DNA from: an uncultured Candidatus Binatia bacterium
GTDB taxonomy: Bacteria; Desulfobacterota; Binatia; UBA9968; JAJDTQ01
Assembly (NCBI GenBank): GCA_965213675.1
Contig: CBDCAF010000016.1
Coordinates: 1 to 64,000, forward strand
Length of the DNA: 64,000 nucleotides
Direction: 5' to 3'
Part shown: positions 8,934 to 19,149 of the stretch, piece by piece
Position numbering within the stretch: the stretch's first letter is position 1
Layout of the letters: each line of letters opens with the position of its first letter
Made by a program: the position numbers and the translations under genes
Notes under the pieces: generated by a model
What the model was told of the DNA's origin: nothing
The model's input: only the letters and a program-made list of their open reading frames with translations
Databases searched by the model: none

Positions 8934-9752
8934 CTAGCGCTCGCCCCTCCCCAGTGCTTCCGAACGTTCCGTGGCCTGCACCACCGCCTCCATCACGGTG
9001 GCGCGAAAAGCGCCCTGCTCCAGGGCGAAAAGGCCGGCGGCGGTGGTCCCGGCCGGCGAGGTGACGGCGTCGCGAAGTTCCGCGAGATGCTGGTTGGACT
9101 GTCTCGCCATGACGGCGGAGCCGTAGACCGTTTGCAGCGCCAGCTTCAGGGCCACGTCCCGGCCGAGCCCCATCTGCACGCCGGCGGCGGTGAGGGCCTC
9201 GATGAACAGGAAGACATACGCCGGGCCGCTCCCGCTCAAGGCGGTCACGGCGTCGAGATGGTGCTCCTCCACGGTGACCGCGAGGCCCACGCTTGCCAGG
9301 ATCCGTCCCACGCGATCAAGATCTTCCTTCCGCGCCCAGCGGCCCCCGGCGTACGCCGAGGCCGCCTCGCCCACGAGACAGGGCGTGTTGGGCATGACCC
9401 GGACCACGCGCGCGCCCTCGGGCAGAAGCCCCTCCAGCCGCGCGAGCGGCACCCCGGCGGCGATGGACACCACAAGCTTGTCATCCAGCGGGGTCCCGGC
9501 GAGTTCCCGCAACACCGCGTCGATGACCTGGGGCTTGACCGCGAGCACGACGATGTCCGAGGACTTCACCAACTCGACGTTGTCGTGCACGAACCGGACG
9601 CCGGTCTCGTCCACCAGAGCCTTGCCCAGCGCTTCCACGGGATCGCTCGCGGCCAACCGGCTCCGGTCCACCAGACCCGCGCCCAGCATTCCCTTGATGA
9701 TGGCGCTGCCCATCTTGCCGGCGCCGATGAAACCTATCCTGTCCTGGAGCAT
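8934..9752 (-). CDS. proC: Pyrroline-5-carboxylate reductase
   Basis: IGFIGAGKMG, LAVKPQ, RVMPNTP, SGSGPAY, VTSPAGTT. Confidence 0.97.
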   Translation of the reverse strand: MLQDRIGFIGAGKMGSAIIKGMLGAGLVDRSRLAASDPVEALGKALVDETGVRFVHDNVELVKSSDIVVLAVKPQVIDAVLRELAGTPLDDKLVVSIAAGVPLARLEGLLPEGARVVRVMPNTPCLVGEAASAYAGGRWARKEDLDRVGRILASVGLAVTVEEHHLDAVTALSGSGPAYVFLFIEALTAAGVQMGLGRDVALKLALQTVYGSAVMARQSNQHLAELRDAVTSPAGTTAAGLFALEQGAFRATVMEAVVQATERSEALGRGER

Positions 9753-9902
9753 GAGGCCTCCTCGCGGTGACCCGCGCGCGTCACCGCAACGTTCCGTGTT
9801 CCTGATCCCGCGTCAACCAGAAAACTCATCAGGCGGCGGAAACAGAACGGCGGCGGCATTCACCAGAAACGCCGCCGCCCGGGAAGACATCTGTGAACGG
9901 GC

Positions 9903-10301
9903 CTATACGGTCTTGAGTTGCACCGTGCCCTGGGCCACGCCGCGGATATAGCCCTCGAAACCTTGGGGCGAGAACGTCCACGTGATCCACAGCGGTTCGT
10001 CGTGGTCGTTGACGAAGCCATGGTTGGTGCGGGGCGGAATGAATACGACCGAGCCCGGAACGATATCCGTGGTCTCGTCGCCCACGGTCGCGGTGGCCCG
10101 ACCGCCGAACACGAACAATATTTCTTCGGCGTCATCGTGGGAGTGCAGCGGAATCTCGCTGTGAGGATCGACCTGCTGCAGGCCCATGGAGAAGTGGCGC
10201 GTCCCGGTCGTGCGGGGTTCGACGCAGGGATACAGGGTGCGCGGCGCCTCCCCTTCGATGCGCACGACCTCGGCGTCCTCTCTGGAAAAGAAATACTTCA
10301 T
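9903..10301 (-). CDS. Cupin domain protein
   Basis: PLHSHDDAEE...GSVVFIPPRTNHGF. Confidence 0.9.
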   Translation of the reverse strand: MKYFFSREDAEVVRIEGEAPRTLYPCVEPRTTGTRHFSMGLQQVDPHSEIPLHSHDDAEEILFVFGGRATATVGDETTDIVPGSVVFIPPRTNHGFVNDHDEPLWITWTFSPQGFEGYIRGVAQGTVQLKTV

Positions 10302-10304
10302 GAC

Positions 10305-10730
10305 CTAGTAACTCTCTTCCTCCGCATCGTTCGTGGCAAGGCGACGGAGCGTGCGGTCGTCGTCGAAGTTCTTCGTCATCCGGGATTCCCGTTCCACCTC
10401 TTCCTGACAGCGCACACACAGCCGCGTGAAGGGCATCACCTTGAGCCGCCCCACTCCAATGTCCTCGCCGCATTCCTCGCACTCCCCGTAGGAGCCCTCG
10501 CCCAGCCGGGCCAACGCGTCTTCGATGGCCATCAGCTTCGTGCGCTCGCGGTCGTTGAGGATCATGTTGATCTCGCGGTCCCGCTCGTCACTGGCCAGAT
10601 CGTAAGTGTCGCGCCCTTCGTCCTTGGTGCTTTCCACCTCCTGCTTGAACCGGTCCGGAAGGTCCTGCAGAAGCTGACTCTTCATGTCGAGCAGCGTCTC
10701 CCGGAACTTCTTCAGTGCGTCTTTTCTCAT
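10305..10730 (-). CDS. dksA: DksA/TraR C4 zinc-finger protein
   Basis: DTYDLA coiled-coil tip; YGECEECGEDI...RLKVMPFTRLCVRCQ. Confidence 0.85.
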   Translation of the reverse strand: MRKDALKKFRETLLDMKSQLLQDLPDRFKQEVESTKDEGRDTYDLASDERDREINMILNDRERTKLMAIEDALARLGEGSYGECEECGEDIGVGRLKVMPFTRLCVRCQEEVERESRMTKNFDDDRTLRRLATNDAEEESY

Positions 10731-10883
10731 GGTTGTATCTCCTGGCAAGAGGTCCAATTGACCACTATTTCAGGGCGGAGTCAACCAGAGAAACAGGCCC
10801 CGGGGACGGCGGTTGGCCGCGCGGGCGCGCTGCCCCGGCCGCCTCCGGGCGCGTGTCGCCACCCCTCCCGGAAACCCCGCGGG

Positions 10884-11558
10884 TCAGGACCCGAACTCAA
10901 CGATATCGACGCCTTGGGGCACATTCAATCGAAATACCGAGGGGTCCAGGCCGTGCCCGCGCTGGATGTTCCGGAAACCGAAGGTCCACAGGTTGCCGCC
11001 ACCGTCCTCGATGCGCACGCCGCGGATGTCGTAGCGCTCACCGTCGACGGTGAGGACGATCTCCCGGAGGCCGCTATTGGTCTTTCTGGGGATCAGTTTG
11101 AGTTGGTGACTGTCGGCGGTGCTTTCGAGCAACTCCGAACGGAAGTCCCGTTCCAGTTTGCCGATGCCCAGCAGAAAGGACAGCGGCAAATCCGAGCGAA
11201 ACGCCGCGCGCAGGGCGGTCTTGACAACCTGGCGTTCCGCGGGCTGGTAGAAATAGAGGTGGCGCCCGTCGGAAAGCACGAACTGCCCCGCGGGCTCTTC
11301 GTAGCGCCACAGCATCTTGCCGGGCCGGCTGAAGTAGAATCGGCCCCTGCCCGCGATGCTCCGGTTCAGCGTGCGGTACTCGGTGGTCTGGCGAAACTCC
11401 GCGCTGTACTCGCGCGTCTCGTCGTAGCGCCGCTGCACTTCCCGCACCACGTCCGCCGCGGTCCGTGCCCGGGCTTCCTGTGTCAGCGCCGCCAGCAGCA
11501 GCGCGCATGCGACGGCGAAAACAACCCGAAGACAGTCAGATCGACGGTGTGCGTTCAT
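10884..11558 (-). CDS. lolA: Outer-membrane lipoprotein carrier protein
   Basis: AEFRQ, GRFYFSRPGKMLWRY, VLSDG; follows ftsK. Confidence 0.92.
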   Translation of the reverse strand: MNAHRRSDCLRVVFAVACALLLAALTQEARARTAADVVREVQRRYDETREYSAEFRQTTEYRTLNRSIAGRGRFYFSRPGKMLWRYEEPAGQFVLSDGRHLYFYQPAERQVVKTALRAAFRSDLPLSFLLGIGKLERDFRSELLESTADSHQLKLIPRKTNSGLREIVLTVDGERYDIRGVRIEDGGGNLWTFGFRNIQRGHGLDPSVFRLNVPQGVDIVEFGS

Positions 11559-11574
11559 TGCGAATAGGCCCTCG

Positions 11575-13842
11575 TCATTCTTCGATCCTTGGCGCCAGAA
11601 CCTCGCGCGGCTTGGCGCCGTCGGCCGGCCCCACCACGCCCTCCCGTTCCATCTTCTCGATCATGCGCGCGGCGCGGTTGTAGCCCACTCGCAGGCGGCG
11701 CTGGATCATGGAGATGGACGCCTGCCGGGTCTCGGTGACCACCGCCACCGCCTGATCGTACATTTCGTCGTAATCCTCGTCCAGGCCGTCGACACCGCTG
11801 CCCGCCTCCGCGGCCGCCTCCAGAATTTCCGGCCGGTACTCGGGCCGCCCTTGCTTCTTGATGAAGTCCGTGACCTTGCCGATTTCCCGGTTGGACACGT
11901 AGGGCCCGTGGAGCCGGATCAACCGGGCGGTGCCGGGGGGCAGGAAGAGCAGATCGCCGTTGCCCAGGAGATTTTCGGCGCCCTGGCCGTCGAGGATCGT
12001 GCGCGAGTCGATGCGCGAGGTCACCTGAAAGGAAACCCTGGCGGGAAAGTTCGCCTTGATGAGTCCGGTGATCACGTCCACCGATGGCCGCTGGGTGGCC
12101 AGCACCATGTGGATTCCCGCTGCCCGGGCCTTCTGGGCCAGTCGCGTGATATGCTCTTCGATGTCCCGGCCCACGGACATCATCAAGTCCGCCAGCTCGT
12201 CGATGAGGATCACCACCCGCGGCAGGTGGGAATGTTCCAGCTCCTCGCTTCCGTCCAGGCGTCCGCCCACCTCCCCCTCGTTCTCCTCGGAGGGGTCCGC
12301 GGACGCCGGGCGGGGCGGCGGCTCCTTTTCCAGGATGCGATTGTAGTTGTCGATGTTGCGCGCGCCCTTGTCGCGCATCAGGCGGTAGCGCCGGTCCATC
12401 TCCTGCACGGCCCAGAACAGGGCGGCGCGGGCCTCCTTGGGGTCGGTCACCACCGGCGTCAGGAGGTGGGGCAGGCCCTCGTACGGCGTCAGCTCCAGCA
12501 TCTTGGGGTCGATCATGATGAAGCGCACGTCGTCCGGCTTGGACCGGTAGAGGATGCTCAGGATCATCGAGTTGAGCGACACGGACTTGCCCGTGCCGGT
12601 GGCGCCGGCCACCAGCAAGTGCGGCATGCGCGCGAGGTCGGTGGCGAACGGAGCGCCGGCCACGTCTTTGCCCAGGGCCAGCGGCAGGCTCGCGCCCGAC
12701 TCGGCGTAGGCCGCGTCCTCCAGCATCTCCCGCAGAAAAACCTTCTCCCGCCGGGTGTTGGGCACTTCGATTCCGACCACGGACTCCCCCGGGATGGGCG
12801 CCAGTATGCGAATGCTCACCGCGCTCAGGGCCATGGCGAGGTCGTCCGCCACGCCCACGATGCGGCGCACCATGACGCCGGGAGCGGGGCGGAACTCATA
12901 CACCGTTATGACCGGTCCCGGACGCGCCGCCAGCACCTCGCCCTCGATGCCGAAGTCCTGAAGCTTGCGCTGCAGCACGAGACAATTGGCTTCCAGCGAG
13001 GCCTTGTCCACGCTCGCTTCTTCCTGGGGCGGCGCATCGAGGAAAGCCAGGGACGGCAGCGTGTACCCGTTGCCGAGTTCCGGCAAGACGAACTGTTCGG
13101 GTTCCGGTCTGGCCCCGGGTCTGGCCTTTGCCCTGGCCTTCGGCTTCTTCCTGCGTGCGCTGGGCGCCACCGGCGCCTCCTGCTCGATCACCTCGTCAAG
13201 GATGATCGGCGGCGGCTTGAAGTCCCGTTGCTCCTTCTTGACGTTGGCGGGGGCCTCCCCTCCCGGCTTGAGCCAGCGCGCGGAAGCTACGGCCGCCCCC
13301 ATGGAAGAGCGGAACTGGCCGCGCGCTTCGACGAGACCGCCCCACCAGTTCAGCATGGACGTCTGGGTCAGCCACATGCCCGCCAGCAAGAGCAGAAACA
13401 GCGCGATCGCGCAGGTCCCGGCGTAGCCGAACATCTCCGTGAGCAACACCAGCGAAAAGCCACCCAGAACGCCGCCGCCGTCCCGCGCCAGTTCCACGTC
13501 GTGCACGAGGCTGATGAGGATCGCCAGCACCCACAGCAGCACGCCGCTGCCCAGGAGTTGAAGGAACCGCAAGCGGCGCGGTTCGCGGCGGAACAGGCGC
13601 AGCGCCATCCACGCCAGCAGCAGCGGCACCAGGTAGGCCGCGAGCCCCAGCGCCTGCAACAGCGCATCGGCCATGTAAGCGCCCACCACGCCGCCGAGGT
13701 TCAGGGGGTCCCGCGGGCCGGCGGGGACGTTGAAGGAACGGTCCAGGGGGCTGTAGGAAAGCAGGCTAAGAATCGCAAAGCAGGCGCCGAGCAGCGTCAC
13801 CGAGCCCCACAGTTCACGGTTGATCCGAGTGCCTTTCTCCAT
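11575..13842 (-). CDS. ftsK: DNA translocase FtsK
   Basis: 4TM N-terminus, PHLLVAGATGTGKS, IDELADLM, ATQRPSVDV, gamma domain QRRLRVGYNRAAR; start MEKGTR. Confidence 0.97.
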   Translation of the reverse strand: MEKGTRINRELWGSVTLLGACFAILSLLSYSPLDRSFNVPAGPRDPLNLGGVVGAYMADALLQALGLAAYLVPLLLAWMALRLFRREPRRLRFLQLLGSGVLLWVLAILISLVHDVELARDGGGVLGGFSLVLLTEMFGYAGTCAIALFLLLLAGMWLTQTSMLNWWGGLVEARGQFRSSMGAAVASARWLKPGGEAPANVKKEQRDFKPPPIILDEVIEQEAPVAPSARRKKPKARAKARPGARPEPEQFVLPELGNGYTLPSLAFLDAPPQEEASVDKASLEANCLVLQRKLQDFGIEGEVLAARPGPVITVYEFRPAPGVMVRRIVGVADDLAMALSAVSIRILAPIPGESVVGIEVPNTRREKVFLREMLEDAAYAESGASLPLALGKDVAGAPFATDLARMPHLLVAGATGTGKSVSLNSMILSILYRSKPDDVRFIMIDPKMLELTPYEGLPHLLTPVVTDPKEARAALFWAVQEMDRRYRLMRDKGARNIDNYNRILEKEPPPRPASADPSEENEGEVGGRLDGSEELEHSHLPRVVILIDELADLMMSVGRDIEEHITRLAQKARAAGIHMVLATQRPSVDVITGLIKANFPARVSFQVTSRIDSRTILDGQGAENLLGNGDLLFLPPGTARLIRLHGPYVSNREIGKVTDFIKKQGRPEYRPEILEAAAEAGSGVDGLDEDYDEMYDQAVAVVTETRQASISMIQRRLRVGYNRAARMIEKMEREGVVGPADGAKPREVLAPRIEE

Positions 13843-13853
13843 GCGCGCCTCGC

Positions 13854-15509
13854 CTACATCTCCATGATATAGGATACGATCACCGGCCGGCGGTGGAGCC
13901 GCTTCTCGAAGAACCGCCGCAGCGACCGGCGGATGCCTTCCTTCAACTCCACGGAGTCCGTACGCGTCTCGGCGCCACAGCCGTCGAGGTATGCCCACAG
14001 CACCTCCTTCGCCGTGCCGAGGACGTCGTCTTCCTCCTCCGAACGCATGAAGCCGCGCGCCAGCAGGTCCGGCCCCGCGGTCACCTCGCCGGTGCGCGGG
14101 TGCACCGCCATGGCCACCACCACGAGCCCGTCCTCGCTCAAGTGGCGGCGGTCGCGGATGACGATGTCCTCCACGTCGCCGACGCCCTTGCCGTCCACGA
14201 AGACCTTGCCGGTGGACACCGGCTCCACGCGCCAGGCGTCCTGTCCGTCCAGCTCCAGTGCGTCGCCGTTCTCCAGCAGAAAGCAATTGTCCGCGGGGAT
14301 GCCCACGGTGCGGGCCAGCTCCACATGCTTGCAGAGCTGCCGGTACTCCCCGTGCAGCGGCACGAAGTAGCGCGGCCGGGTGAGTTGGAGCATGGTCTTC
14401 AACTCCTCCTGGCTCGCGTGCCCCGAGACGTGGATCTCCGACGTGCGCTCGTAGTGAACCTCGGCGCCGCGCCGGTAGAGATGGTTGATGAGATTGCTGA
14501 TGACCTTCTCGTTCCCCGGAATGAACCGTGCCGACAGCACCACCGTATCGCTGGGCCGCAGCCGGATGGAGCGGTGCTCGCCAAAGGCGATCCGATGAAG
14601 CACGGAGAACGGCTCCCCCTGGCTCCCGGTGGTGACGAAACAGAGGCGGTCGTCGGCCACGTCCTGCCAACTCCGGCCGTCCGTCATCACGTCATGAGGA
14701 AGGCGCAGGTAGCCCAGGTCCGACGCGATGCCGGTGTTGTGGATGAGGCTCCTTCCGCTGAGCACCAGCTTGCGGCCGAAATCCGCAGCCACCTCGGCCA
14801 CCTGCTGGATGCGCGGGATGTGCGAGGCGAAGGTGGCGATGAAGACGCGGCCCGGGCTGGAGGCGAAGATGCCCCGGAGCCCCTGCCCGACGCTGCGCTC
14901 CGACGGCGTGGTCCCCCGGTTCTCCACGTTGGTGGAGTCCGAAAGCAGCAACAGGACGCCGCGGTCGCCGTAGGCCGCGAAGCGGTGGAAATCGAAGTTC
15001 TCTCCCGCCACGGGCGTGTTGTCGATCTTGAAATCGCCGCTGTGGAGGACGATGCCCACGGGCGTCTCGATGGCCAGGGCGACGCAGTCCACGAGACTGT
15101 GGGTGACCGGAATTCCCTCGATGGTAAAGGGACCCACCGAGAAGCGCTCACCCGGCACCATCTCCACCAGGTCCGTGGCCTCTTCGAGCCGGTGCTCGCG
15201 CAGCTTGTGGCGCACGAAGCCCAGGGTCAGGGGCGTGCCGTAAACCGGCGTCTGGCAGCGCCGGAGGAAGTAGGGCAAGGCGCCGATGTGATCCTCGTGG
15301 GCGTGGGTGAGGATGATCGCCCGGGGCGTCTTGCCCTGCTCCACGAGGTAGCTGATGTCGGGAATGACTAGATCGATGCCCAGTTGCTCGGGGCTCGGGA
15401 ACATGACGCCGCAATCCACCACCACGACGTCGTCACCCCATTCGAGCGCCAGCATGTTGCCGCCGAATTCGCCCAGTCCCCCCAAGGGTATGATTCTCAA
15501 GGAATCCAT
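13854..15509 (-). CDS. rnj: Ribonuclease J
   Basis: PLGGLGEFG, THAHEDHIG, SDSTN, TGSQGEP, HVSGHA. Confidence 0.97.
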   Translation of the reverse strand: MDSLRIIPLGGLGEFGGNMLALEWGDDVVVVDCGVMFPSPEQLGIDLVIPDISYLVEQGKTPRAIILTHAHEDHIGALPYFLRRCQTPVYGTPLTLGFVRHKLREHRLEEATDLVEMVPGERFSVGPFTIEGIPVTHSLVDCVALAIETPVGIVLHSGDFKIDNTPVAGENFDFHRFAAYGDRGVLLLLSDSTNVENRGTTPSERSVGQGLRGIFASSPGRVFIATFASHIPRIQQVAEVAADFGRKLVLSGRSLIHNTGIASDLGYLRLPHDVMTDGRSWQDVADDRLCFVTTGSQGEPFSVLHRIAFGEHRSIRLRPSDTVVLSARFIPGNEKVISNLINHLYRRGAEVHYERTSEIHVSGHASQEELKTMLQLTRPRYFVPLHGEYRQLCKHVELARTVGIPADNCFLLENGDALELDGQDAWRVEPVSTGKVFVDGKGVGDVEDIVIRDRRHLSEDGLVVVAMAVHPRTGEVTAGPDLLARGFMRSEEEDDVLGTAKEVLWAYLDGCGAETRTDSVELKEGIRRSLRRFFEKRLHRRPVIVSYIMEM

Positions 15510-16253
15510 CTATGGCGCCTGCCCGGTCCGGCCGCTCTCCGCCGGTTCCGGGTCCTGCACCGGCGACAAGCGCACGGCGATGGCTTCGCGGACGCGCGCC
15601 ATTTGTCGGCGCGAATGGTCGTCATGGTCCTCGGCTGCAATCGCCTTGCCGATGTGGACCACCACCTCGCCGGACCGAAGGCGCCAATCGCCCGGCGGCA
15701 TCAGGGTGCCCGACCCCACCAGCGTAATGGGCACGATGGACACGCCCGCCTTCCCGGCCATGTGGAAGCCGCCGCGCTTGAAGGGCAACAACCGGCCGTC
15801 CGTGCTGCGCGTGCCCTCCGGGAACACCACCATGGAGATTCCCCGTTCGAGCTTGTCACAGGCGCCGTCCATGGCCGCCATCATGTCCTTCGAACGGGTG
15901 CGCTTGACCAGGACGTGCCTGGACGCCCACAGCGCCCAGCCGAAGAACGGAACGCGCAACAACTCGCGTTTCGCCATCCAGCGCAACTGAAACGGCGCCA
16001 GCGCCCGCACCAGCACCGGAATGTCGATATTGCTCTGGTGGTTGGCCATGAAGACGTAAGCCCGCGCCGGGTCCAGCTCCCCGGTCCAGCGCACCCGCAC
16101 TGCCACGCCGCCGGTCTTGAGAACGCACCAGGACCAGAAACGAAAGAACGGGTAGACGCGCCTGCCATGGGGATCGGCAAGTCCAAGAACAATGATGGGA
16201 ATGCTCTCCAGAAGGCTTATGCCGAGGACCAGGGCCAGCTTGAGCGTGTACAT
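15510..16253 (-). CDS. plsC: 1-acyl-sn-glycerol-3-phosphate acyltransferase family
   Basis: NHQSNID (HX4D), FPEGTRS, PFKRGGF. Confidence 0.85.
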   Translation of the reverse strand: MYTLKLALVLGISLLESIPIIVLGLADPHGRRVYPFFRFWSWCVLKTGGVAVRVRWTGELDPARAYVFMANHQSNIDIPVLVRALAPFQLRWMAKRELLRVPFFGWALWASRHVLVKRTRSKDMMAAMDGACDKLERGISMVVFPEGTRSTDGRLLPFKRGGFHMAGKAGVSIVPITLVGSGTLMPPGDWRLRSGEVVVHIGKAIAAEDHDDHSRRQMARVREAIAVRLSPVQDPEPAESGRTGQAP

Positions 16254-16385
16254 GCGGTGAAGGCGTGTCCGGCGGGCCTGCGTGCGGCCCGCCGCCCGAA
16301 GGGAGACACCGATCAAGCCTTTATTCTAGGGGATACCGCGAGTGAATGCAATTTTGCCGGACCGTTCGGGCGGTTCCGCCGGCTT

Positions 16386-17390
16386 CTAAAGCTCGATCTT
16401 CTCCGCGTAGAGTCCCTTGACGAAGCCGCCCTTGTCCAGCCCCTTCAGCGTGTCCAGCTCCATATAGCGCTGCGGATCAAGTTGGCGCGCGCGCGCATCC
16501 GTCACGGCCACCGCGTCGATCAGCGCCTGCACTCCTTCGATGCGCGGGAGCGGCAACGGTTCCAGGCGCTGGGCGAGCGCGCTGTACGTGCCCGGGAGGG
16601 TCGCGCCCTGGGCCAGGGTCACGTACTTGTCGATGATGCGCATGGTGTCGGCGCGTTCCGCCAGGAAGTGCTGGATGCCGTTGAGGTAGGCCATGAGGAA
16701 GCGCCGCAGCTCGTTGGGACGGCGCTCGGCGAAGGAACGGCTGGTCACCAGCAGGTCCGTGGTGAGGTGAACCTGCCCGAGGTCGAGCACCTTGATGCCC
16801 CAGTGTTGCACCTGTGCCGCCACGTCCGGCACCAGCGGCGCGGCCTGAACCACGTTGCGGAACAGCGCCGCGGCTCGCTGGGGCGAAAACCCGATGGGCA
16901 CCATCTCCACGTCTTCCACCGGATTCAGTCCTGCGCGTCTCAGCAGGACCCGCGCGATCAAATCGGACTTGCGCCCCAGACGCGACACCCCGACCCTCTT
17001 GCCCCTGAGCTGCGCGAGGTCGTCGACGTAGGAGGCCACGCCGAAGCGGTAGTGCTCGGGATTCGCGTGGCCGCCGATGAACACCAGGTCGGCGCCGCCG
17101 CTGATGGCCTCCAGCGGCGGCATCACGTCCTCGGAGGCGACGAAGATGTCCATCCCCAAAAGGCTTTGCACGCCGCCCGCGGCGGCGCCGTCAATGTACA
17201 CCGGATCGATATCGAGGCCGTACCTGGCGAAGAGCTCGGTGTCCCTGGCGATCCAGGTGACCACGGTGCCGGCCCCGAAACCCGCGAACGCAACCCGGAC
17301 CCTCCTGGAGTCGTCCGCGAAAGAGACGGCAACGCAGGTCAGCGCCGCAACCACCGCTGCCGCAAATACATTCAGGAATCGGCAGAACAT
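16386..17390 (-). CDS. NitT/TauT (NMT1/THI5-like) ABC substrate-binding protein
   Basis: Signal peptide; LFARYGLD, LRGKRVGVSRLG. Confidence 0.85.
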   Translation of the reverse strand: MFCRFLNVFAAAVVAALTCVAVSFADDSRRVRVAFAGFGAGTVVTWIARDTELFARYGLDIDPVYIDGAAAGGVQSLLGMDIFVASEDVMPPLEAISGGADLVFIGGHANPEHYRFGVASYVDDLAQLRGKRVGVSRLGRKSDLIARVLLRRAGLNPVEDVEMVPIGFSPQRAAALFRNVVQAAPLVPDVAAQVQHWGIKVLDLGQVHLTTDLLVTSRSFAERRPNELRRFLMAYLNGIQHFLAERADTMRIIDKYVTLAQGATLPGTYSALAQRLEPLPLPRIEGVQALIDAVAVTDARARQLDPQRYMELDTLKGLDKGGFVKGLYAEKIEL

Positions 17391-17501
17391 GATCCCCTCC
17401 CCGCGGCCGCACACCAGCGGCACACCAGCGCCGACCGCAACGCCATCCTATAGGCAGGAACAGGCACGGTCAATGCGGGGCGGCGGTCCGGCGTCCAGCC
17501 T

Positions 17502-18422
17502 CTATGGTTCGGGCTCCTCCACCAGATCCGCAAGCATTTCGATGAACAGCCGGTGGTCGTTCACCGCGGGCGCCCGGTGATAAGCCATTCCCAGATCGAG
17601 AGCCCGCCCGCGGGCTTCGACGTCGAGGTCGTACAGCACCTCGACGTGATCGCAGACGAAACCGATGGGAACCAGGACCACCGCGGTCTCGCCGGCGCGG
17701 GCGAGTTCCTCGATCACCACGCACACGTCGGGACCGAGCCAAGGGTCCCTGGGGTTGCCGCTGCGGCTCTGGTACGCCAACTCCCAACGCGCGCAGCCTG
17801 CCTCCTCGGCTACACGCCGTGCGGCTCGGGCGAACTGCTCCGCGTAGGGCGAGACGTCGGCCATGGACCGGGGAATGCTGTGGGCGGTGAAAATCAATGG
17901 CGCGCTCCGAGACGCGGGCGGGAGCGTTTCCAGGGTGGCCGCGACGCAGTCGGCCACCGCGCGGATGAACAGGGGATGGTCGGCCCACGGTTCGGCGTAC
18001 TCCACCACGGGAGCCCGTTCCCCCAATGCCGCGCGCGCGGCCTCCACGCTGTCGATATAGCGGCCCCAGGATGCCTCCGTCTGAAAGGCGGACAGAACGA
18101 TGCCGCGCACGCGCCGGCAGCCGCCGGCCGCGAGCGTCTCCAGTGCTTCGTCCAGGAACGGGCGCCAGTTGCGCATGCCGACGTGGACGGGCGTGGCGCG
18201 GCCGTCCCGCCGGAGCCGTTCGCGCAACCCTCGAGCCTGCCGGCGCGTCAACTCGTTGAGCGGCGAGCGACCGCCGATCAGCTCGTAGTGGTGCGCGACC
18301 GCTTCAAGGCGCGCCCGCGGAATACCCCGCCCCTCGGTCACACGCTCAAGGAACGGACGTATTTCGCCGGGATTCTCGGGTCCGCCAAAAGCGATCAGCA
18401 GGATCGCATCGAATCGCGTCAT
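17502..18422 (-). CDS. hemH: Ferrochelatase
   Basis: FGGPE, GGRSPL, FTAHSIP, YQSRSG..WLGP, GFVCDHVEVLYDLD. Confidence 0.96.
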   Translation of the reverse strand: MTRFDAILLIAFGGPENPGEIRPFLERVTEGRGIPRARLEAVAHHYELIGGRSPLNELTRRQARGLRERLRRDGRATPVHVGMRNWRPFLDEALETLAAGGCRRVRGIVLSAFQTEASWGRYIDSVEAARAALGERAPVVEYAEPWADHPLFIRAVADCVAATLETLPPASRSAPLIFTAHSIPRSMADVSPYAEQFARAARRVAEEAGCARWELAYQSRSGNPRDPWLGPDVCVVIEELARAGETAVVLVPIGFVCDHVEVLYDLDVEARGRALDLGMAYHRAPAVNDHRLFIEMLADLVEEPEP

Positions 18423-18645
18423 GTCGTCGTGGAGAAAAGGTACGAGACGGTGCACCGGATTCGGCAGGGAGCCGATGACCCCGGCATCAAGCTACCCATG
18501 TACCAATGCGCCTTACCAATGCGGTTCACCTGAGCGCTTCCACAACAGGCTGTGCGCTTGTGGCGACCGGACTTGCCGGTCTTGCCGCATCAACGGGATC
18601 ACTTGCTACGACGTTATCTTCGAATCGACCGGCTAACACTTTCCG

Positions 18646-18963
18646 CTACCACTCGATGCGGATGCAGAGTTCCTCTCCGCGTTTCTCCACCGGCAGCACG
18701 GTCAGCGGATCGCCGCCCTTGGGCAGCACACACTCCCCGGAGTCGAGGTCGAAACAATAGCCATGGTTGTCGCAGCGGACCTTGCCCGCGAGGATGGGGC
18801 CGTTCATCAGGTCCGCGCTCTCGTGTGGACAGTAGCGCGAAAACGCGAAGTAGTCGTTGTCCAGCCGCGTCACCACGAGGGCACGCCCGTTCAACTCCAC
18901 CGCCTTGCGCTCGCCCGGCTCCAGTTCGTCCGCGCGCGCCACCGGTATGTAGGTCACTCCCAC
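18646..18963 (-). CDS. Rieske [2Fe-2S] ferredoxin
   Basis: CPH...CDNHGYCFDLDSGE; GTG start after GGAGG. Confidence 0.9.
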   Translation of the reverse strand: MGVTYIPVARADELEPGERKAVELNGRALVVTRLDNDYFAFSRYCPHESADLMNGPILAGKVRCDNHGYCFDLDSGECVLPKGGDPLTVLPVEKRGEELCIRIEW

Positions 18964-19149
18964 GCTCTTCCTCCGATTTGATTCCCTGCCATGGAGCGCG
19001 CAAGGGCGACCGGCCGGCCGCCCTGCACGAGATCCGAACTGCATCAGGAACCGGGTCAGGGAACGGCCCTGCCGGAGCTTTTCCCGTTCGTCCTGCGCGT
19101 GGCTCCGCACCAACGGAGCGACGCGCAGGACGCGCACTCCCCAAAGCCC

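Noticed and set aside
11575-14670. Apparent 1031-aa FtsK, and similarly extended RidA, Rpe, Tal, S8 and PP2C ORFs
   Set aside because: The extensions are alternative frames of upstream genes or intergenic read-through; the true starts are internal
17410-17431. 11-nt tandem gcacaccagcg x2
   Set aside because: Too short; compatible with chance or slippage
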